From assembly GCA_008632985.1 (NCBI GenBank), contig QPGO01000140.1, forward strand, positions 173,335 through 193,334: 20,000 nt of DNA, read 5' to 3'. The notes under the pieces are model-generated. The model did no database searches. It saw nothing but the letters and a program-made list of their open reading frames with translations, and had not been told where the DNA came from. This stretch comes from Psammoneis japonica. Taxonomy: Eukaryota. The position numbers and the translations under genes are program-made. This document shows, one piece after another, positions 1 through 9,771 of the stretch (positions are counted from its first letter, which is position 1; each line of letters starts with the position of its first letter).

Positions 1-1
1 A

Positions 2-1392
2 ACAACATCTGCGTGTATACTACTACTTCCCGGTGCTCCTCGACTTGGTACTACTCGAACCATGTTTCACGATGCCTTTGATTTGAGAGGTCATCCAAAG
101 GATACTATTTATTTGGTGACATCGTGCTTCGTGTGTATTGCTTGTGGTGCACCAATAGGTCCAGAGATGGCAATCGGAGCCATGGGAAGTGCGATTGCGA
201 CAATACTCTTCCAGAAGCTTGTTCATACTAAAGAAAATTCGCTAGAAACAGAAAAGACGCGTGCCATATTGGTGGCGAGTGGCTTGGCAGCCTCCTTGGG
301 TGGATTATTTCCGTCGCCCATTCTGGGTGTCACCCTTCTTCACGAACTTTCCGTGGCGGCTCGTACTCGGCACGGCACAAGCATCCGCGCTCTAGTTGCA
401 TCTCAGCAAGCCTACGAAGGCAGTGATGACGAGTCGTCCTTGTATTCCTCAATCGAACCAACATTGCCTCCTGAAGAGGAGGAAAAGGATCATGATTTTA
501 TGGAACAGATTACAACAACTGGCGTGGCTGCCACCATGGCGTTTGTCACGGTTCGACTCTTGCTGGCGGTGCTTCCGTTGCACACTCCCTACGGAAGTCA
601 CCACGGCGTCGTATGGCCTACTGATAGTGTTCAGTTGTGGCATTTGGCATTAGCTATTCCGTTGGGAGTTGCTTGCGGCGTTCTTGGTACCGTCGTTTTG
701 CTTGTCAACGGCGTCTGTCGATCCATTCGACAAGGATCATGTCGCATGTTGACAAGCTTTGGCGCAGTGTGGGTGGGAAGACTCTTGTTCCCGGTACTTG
801 CGGGTGTACTGTATGGAGTCACGTCTACCTCCAATCCCCTTTTAGTGGGATCAGGCATGCAGTTGCTGTGGCCAATCTTGGAGCAACACTATAGCGAAGA
901 ACCCGACCCGCTCTCGACTCGACTTTTGCTTCAAACTGCTCTAGTCAAGTCAATGACAATGGCGGTGTGTCTTGGATTTGGCCTAGCGGGAGGACCTGTG
1001 TTTCCACTCATCTTTGTGGGCATGTGTATAGGACTGGCTTCTTCTGCTCTCTGTGGTGCTCCTTTGGTGGTCACGCTACCATGCTGCATGTGCGCCCTAG
1101 CCGGCTCGTTTGTGGCTATACCGATAACACTTGTTGCCTTTGTATCCATGGTGTTTTCACTGTCGCCCGAACAAATGGGACCTCCCTTTGTGGCGACGTT
1201 GTGTGCGTACAGCGTAGTGGGCGGCTTAGGAATTGTGAAACGATTGGGACTGAAGCGGTTGGGCAATGGCACGATACAACGAAACGAATCGTGGGTAGAT
1301 GAACGAGAGGGAAGGTCGTCCTCCATTAATGAGATGATGATGACGGTGACGTGCTTCGAAATGTACAGAAAAGCATATTTGGGACAACCTGA
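2..1392 (+). CDS. CLC-family (YfeO-like) chloride channel/anion transporter, 5'-partial, probable 1-nt frameshift near 1331
   Basis: The frame is open from position 2, through the ORF-track ATG at 62. It has many hydrophobic helices and CLC motifs GAPIGPE (gating-Glu helix), GLAASLGGLFPSP and GLAGGPVFP. After ~1331 the shifted frame reads DDDDGDVLRNVQKSIFGTT* (TGA 1390-1392), a more plausible end than the ORF-track tail (to 1534), which runs into an (AG)n microsatellite. Confidence 0.8.
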
Positions 1393-1488
1393 ACTTCCCA
1401 GAAGCCTTTCCTACTGCCTACCCGATGGTATCAAAGCTTGTTTCGGAATTCAATCCGGATACATTTGTTGGGCTTGTGCGTTGAATTC

Positions 1489-1506
1489 AGAGAGAGAGAG
1501 AGAGAG
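1489..1506. repeat. (AG)9 microsatellite
   Basis: Seen directly in the sequence. Confidence 0.9.
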
Positions 1507-1699
1507 CCCTCGTTCTCTCTGGCTTCCTTATTAGCGTCCTGTGAGAACTCTGTCTCGTTCTTTCTCTCTCAACGCTGCACGCCTATTTAAAAAAAAGAAA
1601 CTAGCATGTAAGAAAAGTCTAAGAATTCTTCCGGATGGCTTATGCTCCTCAATTTAGCTCTCTAGCTAAGTAGCTCTCTGCTCTTAGCTAGCTAGGGGT

Positions 1700-1723
<24 letters not shown>
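1700..1723. repeat. (AG)12 microsatellite preceded by a TAGC/CT-rich low-complexity tract
   Basis: Seen directly. 1655-1695 is built from tagc/ctct units. Confidence 0.9.
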
Positions 1724-1730
<7 letters not shown>

Positions 1731-2112
1731 GCAATTGATGTGTAGCGAGTTAGTTTTAAAACTCGAAAACCCGGATGAGGAGACATACCGGTACGAGGTA
1801 CGAGCTCTTCATACACCACGCCAGAAAGGGAAAAAAAGCCAGCGGCTGTATTGTTGTTCTGGTGATGTTCTGACGATGAGACGAGCCAGTAAGAGTGTCG
1901 TCGCTAACTACACTAATGTGCTGATGGGTATATATGGAGTTTGGAGCGAGTGTGACAGCTGGAAATGATGAAGATGTTGCAGGACTCACAACGAGAACCT
2001 CGGGTGTCACGAGTGTCAAGACTCAATTCTATGCGAACCAAAGCCGCGACGACGTCGCTAAGCAGGTTTGGGCTTCGCATAATTTTTCACAATATCAATT
2101 CAATCATCAATC

Positions 2113-5100
2113 ATGCCTCCTAATAAATTGGACGAAGACGAAACAAGCGCACCTGTAAGTCTTCCTGGAAAGCCCTTAAGCAGCTCCAAGGTGCGATCTA
2201 CCAGTATGAGTATGCAGCAACTTATGGTTAAGGTAGAGTTCCACGATGACAACGATGGCTCAGTTATCGCTGTGGAAGTTCCAACTGGAACAAAAGTGAC
2301 AGAAGCAGCCACGAAGGCTGGAGTGAACATTCCCACCCTCTGTCATCACCCTCGTTTGTCTCCGGTAGGAAAGTGTGGCCTCTGCGTCGTGTCTGTTGAG
2401 AACGGGCCGACTCCGACGCAATTGGCATGTTCGACTGTATGCCGAGCAAACGAGGATGGGAGCCCAATGAAAGTGCACGTTCACGGGACGTTTCTAAATG
2501 GGCTTGCTAACGCGGCCTTGCAGAGGAACTTACAAGCCTCCCTCTCTCATCAAACCAAGAAGTTTCAAGACAATCATGACTTTGCGCCTTGCGGCTCTTT
2601 GGAGATTGAAGATCTTGCCAACTTTGTCACCAACCAAAATATTGATACGTCGTCGAGATGTATCATCTATGACCCATCCCTTTGTGTTGGCTGTTCACGA
2701 TGCGTTCGGGCTTGTGATCAGCTTCAAGGTATGAAGATTCTCGAGGCACCTTACCCAAGAGCAACCCTCCTCTCGTCGGTATCGCCCAAGCCCCTCCGTG
2801 TATGACGACACGTGCCGGTCGCCCCCTGTCAGAGACAGAGTGCATTTCTTGTGGACAGTGCACCGTATTCTGTCCGACGGGTGCAATTAAAGAAGTGGAC
2901 CATAACCCACGAGTGATGCGAGCCCTGCTGGACCCCGAAATGGTTGTTGTCCTGCAGACAGCTCCCAGCATTCGCGTCACTATTTCCGAGATGTTTGGTG
3001 GCAAGCCCGGAGATTGTTCTGAAGGCAGACTTGTTGGGGCCGCTAAAGCAGCAGGCTTTCGCTTCGTATTCGATACTAACCTAACTGCCGATCTTACCAT
3101 TATGGAAGAAGCGAACGAGCTTTTGCAGCGCATCGATATTGCCGAGAATGGCACCGATGAAGAAAAGAAGTCTAAGCCTCTTCCCATGTTCACCTCGTGT
3201 TGTCCAGGTTGGATAAACCTGGTGGAGCAGTCTTATCCAGAGCTTATTCCTCACCTTTCCACCTGCCGTTCGCCCATGGGAATGTTATCGAGCATCGTTC
3301 GTCACCACTGGTGGCCTAGACAGACCAACATTCTCAACCAGCACGGCACGGCATCCGTGGAAGCCGAACACGAAGCAGTCGACCAGTCTAAGCTCTTTGT
3401 GGTTGCCGCCATGCCCTGCACTGCAAAGAAAGACGAGATGGCACGACCGCAATTCAAGATGTCCAACGGCAAACCGGAGACGGACGCTGTCTTGACGGTT
3501 CGAGAGTTGGCACGCTTGTTTGAGTTACGCCAGGTTGCCCAACTCAACAACTACAAGTCCTTTGCAAGCATCCCTGAGCTTGTGTACGATAACCCTTTTG
3601 GAGAGTCGACCGGGGCGGCTATTATCTTTGGAGTCACAGGAGGCGTAGCCGAAGCTGCTTTGCGCACCGCCGCGGACGTCTTGAGTGGCAAGAACCTGGA
3701 GAATGTCAAGTACGAATCTGTCAGAGGCATGTATGGTATCAAAGAGTCGACGATTCAGCTTGGTCCTAATGGTGAGGTTGCGTTGAACGTAGCGGTCGCC
3801 CACCAAATGCGAAATGTTCGCGACTTTCTGGCCCAACTTGAAGAAGGTAACAAGAACTACCATTTCATAGAAGTTATGACGTGCCCTGGAGGCTGTATCG
3901 GCGGCGGAGGGTTGCCTCAGAGCAGAGATGAAGATATTCTGCCCAAACGCATTGATAGCATCTATTCTTGGACGAGAGAATGGTGGTACGAAAGTCACAC
4001 GAGAATCAAGCCGTCAAACGACTATACGACGACTTATTGAAGAAGCCTCTCTCCCCACTTTCCCACAAGTTGTTGCACACCCACTACTTCCCTCGACCAA
4101 GGAAGCCACCTATTGCGCTCAAGGCTCCAGCTCTTGTTGCGAAAGTTGAAACCGAGGACAGTCGTAATACTGTCTATGTGGTGTATGGAACGCAGAGCGG
4201 CACCGCAGCTCAAGCAGCCAAGGAGATCAAGCTTGAGTTACAAGGATTCATCGGACAAGCCAAGTTATCACCTGAGCCACAAGTTTGCCTCGTAGCTGGC
4301 AATGCTATGCATCCTGACAAGCTCATGAAGAGCGTTTCTGATTCTCTCGGAACAATATTTGTCACCTGTACGTTTGGCGAAGGTGAGTTCCCGGAGACCA
4401 TGGAGCAACTCTGGGACTATTTGGAAGACTGCAAGGACGACAAGTACGAGGAGTTTCGCTTTGGCGTGTTTGGACTCGGCTCGTCAATGTATGCTGTTGG
4501 CGACCAGTTTAATCGAGCCGCGAAACGGCTTGACAAGAGACTGGAAGAAGTGGGAGGAAGTAGAATGATCGAGGTGGGATTGGGCGATGACCAGCATTCT
4601 GAGTTATATAGGAGTGAGCTAGAGAAGTGGCTCGAGAAACTGTTGCCGAAGCTCTTTGGAAAAGAAGGTGGTGGGGCATCATTGCTTGATCCACCTGAAC
4701 CGTTGTTCAAGCTTGCTCTTGCACCAGGAACGCATGATAGTCAGTTTCGTCCTTTGCCTCCAAGTTATCACTATGTTAAATTGGAATCCGCGGAAAGTCA
4801 AGTGGCTGTTGGGTATGATCGTCCAGCGTCTATCTTCACGTTCGATCTTGACGAAACAGGAGTCCAGTATGAAGTTGGTGATCACCTTGCTGTCCTTCCC
4901 AGAAATCCTTCGCGGGTTGTGGAGAGAATTCTTTCCCTTTATTCAGGCAGCATCAACGGATCAAGTCTGCTGACCGTCGAACCCGTCGATTGTCACAGTG
5001 ATTGTCCTTTCCCTCCGGTGTTGACTGCTAGAGAGCTACTGACTCAGTATCTCGACCTTTGTGGGAGGCCATCCCGTTCATTCTTTAAGCAGCTGTTCCT

Positions 5101-6058
5101 CTTTGCCACTTCGCTCGAAGCTCGCAATATTCTCAGAGCTCTTTTTGAGCGCACTGAGACAAAGTCGCAAGAGGAGCCAGCTCCGTACACCGCACGGCTA
5201 CGATCACAAACCTGCGATCGTGAGAAAGTTAATCAGGAGGAGTTTGAGCGCTACACTGCGACTCATACGTATGCGGACGTCTTGTGTGATTTTGGTTACA
5301 AGGCGTTGCCTCCCTTCGAGTACCTGCTCTCGATGGTGCCAACGATTTGTCCCCGATTGTACTCGATTGCCTCTTCTCCACTTTATCGAAAGAATAAACT
5401 GGATCTGTTGGTTGTCTTGAATGAGTGGACGGATCCAAACATGAAGACGAGAGTTGGTTTGGCCACGCAGTTTTTGTTTGGTGCGGACATCGGAGATAAG
5501 GTCGCTATTCAGGTACGCACAGGCATTCTTCAGCCTCCGGCTGACACAACTACCCCCATCGTTTGCTTTGGTTTGGGATCGGGAATTGCACCGTTCCGCG
5601 GCTTCTTGCAGCATCGGCAACGACAGCACGAGCAAGGCGCGAAGCTTGGACCTGCGACTCTATACGTTGGGTATCGTCACGAGTCAATGGATTATTACTT
5701 GAAAGACGATTTCGAAGAATGGATGAAATTAGGAGTGTTGACCTGTGTGCATCCCGCCTTCTCTCATGATGATCGAGAGAAGCGAGGCGGAAAGCTCTAC
5801 TTCATTTCAGATCTTATTGGCGATAAACCAAAGGACATGGCCAAGGCATTGCTTCTGGAGGAGGAAAAAGAAGAGGAAGACAACCAAGTTCATGTGTATT
5901 ATTGTGGACCTGCACTTGGTATCCCTGAGACCATCCAGCATGCGATGGAGGATGCAGTCAAGCACGAGGAAGGCGGTGGAATGGACGAAGAAGAGGCAGA
6001 AGCCTTGATGGAGCGCATGGTCCACTTGGAGGATAGATTCCATGCAGAATGCTTTTAG
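2113..6058 (+). CDS. hydA: [FeFe]-hydrogenase (group A type) fused to a C-terminal flavodoxin + FAD/NAD(P)H-binding diflavin reductase (CysJ/CPR-like); ~1,315 aa after correcting two 1-nt frameshifts (~2750, ~3969)
   Basis: N-terminal 2Fe-2S domain (IPTLCHHP..GKCGLCVV..LACST). Two 4Fe-4S motifs (CVGCSRCVRAC; CISCGQCTVFCP). H-cluster L1 FTSCCPGW (3189), L2 MPCTAKKDE (3411) and L3 EVMTCPGGCIGGGG (3870). Small-subunit segment RKSHEN..LY..LLHTHY. Flavodoxin motifs YGTQSGTA, TFGEGEFP and FGLGSSMY. FAD motif RLYSIASS. NAD(P) motifs GLGSGIAPFRGF and YYCGP. ORFs 2113-2805, 2802-4040 and 3968-6058 join by adding one base at each junction. Confidence 0.92.
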
Positions 6059-6289
6059 TTTCGCCTGTCCGCTTTGCAGGATGGCTCGGATCGGAGTTGC
6101 GACGCCATTGCATGCTACACTTCTGCATATTTTTTATTATAATAAGTTAGCAAATAGTTTTATCAGGATACTTCGCTTGGTCGGCTTGTTCTACTAGCTA
6201 CTACAGTACAAGGCGAATGCATTTACCGGTATTGTTGATCGGAGCAACATAATCACAAGCACCATGAGCGCTGCACACCTTTGCTTGCG

Positions 6290-7759
6290 TCATTGCGTGG
6301 TGCGTCCGCCGAGACTGTTCATCGACGACTGACAGAGATAGCGATACTCGTCAAGTGTCATTCCAACATCCTTGGCACAGGCGGGCAGCGTGACGAGCTG
6401 GCCGTCTTGTTCTTGAACCATTGTGACAAGCACGGTCGCCATGGTCCTCCAGAGCTTGGTACCTAGATTAGGATTGGCTTCAGCGTATGAAAAGCACCTC
6501 AATAAACTCGAAAGCTGCTGCTCAATCATTCTTCTGGCTTCTTGTGGAGTGTCTAGATCCTTGTAGGCTCTGGGCAGCTGCCTCTTGAGAATCGAGTGTA
6601 AACCCGCACAGCGAGAAGCACCAATGTCAGAAGAATCCACAACCGGCGGCAGCTCTGGATGAGATTCGCCATTCTGTTGCATACGTATCCACTCGATTGC
6701 TTGAGGGGTGATCCAGTTGGAGAGAGTAGTCCATATTCTCATAAAGGCCCGTGGTTCGGGTGGTGGGAGCGCGTCACCTTCACTAGAGTCAAAGTCACAA
6801 TCACCGGCTCCTTCCTGTCTCATGATCTCCGCCAACATGTACAACGTTTCCTCGTCATTGTTGCTCGATACTTCCTCCTCCTCATCATCATCTATTCCCA
6901 TTGTAACAAGATTTTCTTCCTCTTCCTCGTCTGTTTGCTCTTGTACTTGGTGCCGTCCGTAGAAATCGTCGTACAATCCAATTGACTCTTGCCGTTGCTC
7001 CTCCATAGCTTCTTGATACTCCGCCGGGGCCATCACCGAGAAGCTCAGGTCAGTTTCAATTCCAGACTCCTGATTAGACAAGTAATTTGCTGTTTTAGTA
7101 CCAGGTTTTGCGCCACTAGCATGAGCTAGCAACTCCGACATTGAAGACAAAATCAGTGGGTCATCGCTGGAGGAATTCTCTTGCTCGCTACTACTTTGCT
7201 TCTTTGAAGTGTCCTTGTTTTCATCAGCCATACTGCTCGGCTTGTATCCTTCAATAGAGTCGTGGCTGTCTTTTACGTTGGGGGCACACCGGCTTGTAGG
7301 TAAACTGCTGACGGGTCGTTCCACCACAAAATCCTTAACAGCGGCAGGTGGCAACAGTTGCGAGTTTTCTTGTTGCAGTGCAGAGCTGCTCTGCTCATGA
7401 CTGACAGACGATAATTCTGCTACTTTTGAGTACTTTGGTTTGCGAAGAATACCCTTTACGGGTGGTTTCGTATCAGCTACAGTCTCGGAAGTCAAAGGAT
7501 CTCCATTGGAAGCAGCAGCTTGGTGTGTTTCATCAGTCGTTGCACTTGAGAGGCACCACGAATTCACTTTTTGTCGCGTTTCTTCCACCATGGTGTTACT
7601 CTCAAATACCTTGTTGTCTCTATCCTTGCTTACGCTTGGAGAGCCTCCGCTCTTCCGAATTGTTGGACGCACATGTTGCTGCTTCATCATGGCCGTGTTT
7701 TGTGTGGGAGGGATAGGCGAGAGCGTTTTGGAGTTTGCAGCGGGACTCAAAACACGCAT
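6290..7759 (-). CDS. RPAP2 (Rtr1) C-terminal-domain-like protein with a long low-complexity/acidic N-terminal region
   Basis: Long ORF with normal dinucleotide use; first ATG at 7759. The C-terminal ~150 aa (FMRIWTTLSNWIT...LKRQLPRAYKDL...IEQQLSSLLRCFSY...KLWRTMATVL) resembles, from memory, the C-terminal helical region of plant/animal RPAP2. No Rtr1 zinc-finger cysteines are visible. Confidence 0.55.
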   Translation of the reverse strand: MRVLSPAANSKTLSPIPPTQNTAMMKQQHVRPTIRKSGGSPSVSKDRDNKVFESNTMVEETRQKVNSWCLSSATTDETHQAAASNGDPLTSETVADTKPPVKGILRKPKYSKVAELSSVSHEQSSSALQQENSQLLPPAAVKDFVVERPVSSLPTSRCAPNVKDSHDSIEGYKPSSMADENKDTSKKQSSSEQENSSSDDPLILSSMSELLAHASGAKPGTKTANYLSNQESGIETDLSFSVMAPAEYQEAMEEQRQESIGLYDDFYGRHQVQEQTDEEEEENLVTMGIDDDEEEEVSSNNDEETLYMLAEIMRQEGAGDCDFDSSEGDALPPPEPRAFMRIWTTLSNWITPQAIEWIRMQQNGESHPELPPVVDSSDIGASRCAGLHSILKRQLPRAYKDLDTPQEARRMIEQQLSSLLRCFSYAEANPNLGTKLWRTMATVLVTMVQEQDGQLVTLPACAKDVGMTLDEYRYLCQSSMNSLGGRTTQ

Positions 7760-8865
7760 ACCGGCCAGACGCAATCGCACCCAACGGAAATTTTACACGG
7801 ACAAACGCACTAATGATAAAATTTTGAAATTTTGAATGGCCATTTCCAACTGCTCCTTGGATGCGAATTCCGCTTGTTTTCATGCCGGTGGCATGTTTAC
7901 CATCATGCATCATTGTGAGACTTTGGTGACGCTGCACAGCAGCAAAAGCAAAGAGCATCATTGTTTTGGTGAAGAGTGAAGAGACAGCAACCAGAGTGCA
8001 AGGATTCAGTTTGACCGGCGCCACGGCGATGAAAAGCAGGAGATCGTCCATTCTGCAAAAGCTGCACATGCAACAAAGGAGCAATCGGAGTGCACGAGAA
8101 ACCAAGCCTGTCAACAACAATGAGAGTCATCCAAGTCACAGTGCTGCCAAGAAGAAACAGCAAGAACAAAAGCCATTGAGTGTCGTTTTGCAGAATGAGA
8201 ATGAAGTCGAAACCACTCCTCCTGAAGGTTCCAAGAACAAACAATTGCAACCGAGAGGCAGCCACAGCAAAGCTTCTCCTTCAACAAAAGAGAAACAACC
8301 TGCTTCTTCACTGATGGCACTTTTGCCATCTGCAGATTCTTGTTCAAGCAACAAGCGTGCAAAAAAGAAGCCTCCGGTTGCAGCTTTCAATCATGACGAT
8401 TAAATTGCATCATGACACCACGTCAAAAATGGAAGCAGAGAAGTTGGGAGCCACTCACCCCCTTGTAACTTCTCTCCATGCACAAGTTGAGGGGAGTGCA
8501 GTTGAGCAGTCCAAACACTTTGTTGTGTGAAATGTCTGAGTTTCCATCATCCGGGAGAGGGTTCAAGTTGGCGAGCCGACTTTGGTGATTTGTGCGGAAA
8601 ACATGCTGAGCTCTGTGCACATGGAATCTGGCCCACTTTTGCACCCATGCCACCTTGGATGTCTCAAGAATGGCACAGGGCAGGCAGATTGTCCAAAACT
8701 TTGAGTGGGAACAGGGATGTGTGTGCCACAAACTTGGTCGCTTGTTTCGCGTCGAAGACAAATGCATCCACCAACCAGAGCACAAACTGCAGAGCTTGCA
8801 TGCAGAATTCTGTGGGGCAAATGTCACACAGAGTCCCACCTGGCTAGCAGGACTGGAACCTTTTG

Positions 8866-9430
8866 CCATGTCTTGAGCCTGAAGATGGTCGAATGTGTCC
8901 AATGGTTGCCAACAAGCCTCCGGAAATGTTGGACAAGGAGTGGGCATGGCTCAATGAGCTCAGCTTTGGTGCCATTGTTTTTGCAAATCCATGAGACAGC
9001 ATCAAGCCCCTGCCAGAAATCATTGTGGATGGAGATTTAGATGGAGACCTGTTTTTTGCATGTTGGAACAAAGAGATCTCAACTCCATTTGGCTCTCCCA
9101 CCTGAAGACATCCCATTGCCAGCAGAGGACAAGGATGCATCAACTGCACCAACCACCAATGACAATTGGTTGAGAGGAACACAAAAGATCATGTTGAGCA
9201 CTTGTGCTGCAGGTGAGATTCACTCATTGATTGGAAAGCTGTGTGCACTTTCTGCCAAGACATCCGATTCATCTGCTCAATGCAACAAGGATCTGGATGC
9301 AATTGCATTTGCAAAAGCATTCAAACAAGCACTTGAGTTTGGAGAGCACAGAGGAAAGATTGAGCTTCCTGTCCATCTTCATGACAAACTTCCTGCAAAC
9401 CTCCAGAAGCATCCAGCTCCTCTCAAATAC
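8866..9430 (+). pseudogene. Relic of a cellular RNA-dependent RNA polymerase (RDR/QDE-1-type, DLDGD catalytic motif), C-terminal portion
   Basis: The frame from 8866 reads PCLEPEDGRMCPMVANKPPEMLDKEWAWLNELSFGAIVFANP*DSIKPLPEIIVDGDLDGDLFFACWNKEI (DLDGD at 9034-9048; TGA at 8992, probably from CGA). After a frameshift it reads DNWL...LIGKLCALS...DAIAFAKAFKQALEFGEHRGKIELP, matching the RDR pattern GxL...ALDxxKHG. Confidence 0.75.
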
Positions 9431-9751
9431 CATGTGCCACCTGCCACTGTCTGCAGTGCAGGACTTGAGTGACACTGCAAGAACCAACATCCAGCCCACT
9501 CTCATTGCAGAAGTTGCTGGAGTGAGGGCAAAAGAGCATCTTCTTTTTGTTGTGCAATTTCAACTCATTCTTTGACATGTGTTGGATGTTGCAAGTGCCA
9601 GTGCACAGAGTTGCACCATTGACCAATGTGCTTTGTTAGAGCAGAAGAAAGAGTGCAGGGTTGTCTTGCAGCATTCTTCTGTGCCATCTGATGGGGGGAG
9701 AAGCAGCCACACTGGCGTTCCGTCTGCTCCAGATGCTGGCAGGAAGTGGCG

Positions 9752-9771
9752 CTCTCTCTCTCTCTCTCTCT
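9752..9771. repeat. (CT)10 microsatellite
   Basis: Seen directly. Confidence 0.9.

Noticed and set aside
1393..1534. C-terminal extension of the CLC ORF as given in the ORF track
   Set aside because: It runs through an (AG)n microsatellite (SERERES) and probably results from the frameshift near 1331.
2729..2790. Possible 62-nt GT-AG intron (GTATGA...CCCAAG) that would also restore the hydrogenase frame
   Set aside because: It would delete the family-typical QGMKIL segment and leave only ~21 aa between the two 4Fe-4S motifs, and no branch site is evident. A 1-nt deletion is more parsimonious. RNA-seq would decide.
2740..3975. Programmed -1 ribosomal frameshifting in the hydrogenase
   Set aside because: No X XXY YYZ slippery heptamer at either junction, and a similar lesion occurs in the unrelated CLC gene.
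2802..4040. Nar1/IOP1 (cytosolic Fe-S assembly) instead of a true hydrogenase
   Set aside because: All three H-cluster motifs, including TSCCPGW and MPCxxKxxE, and a clostridial-type F-domain are present.
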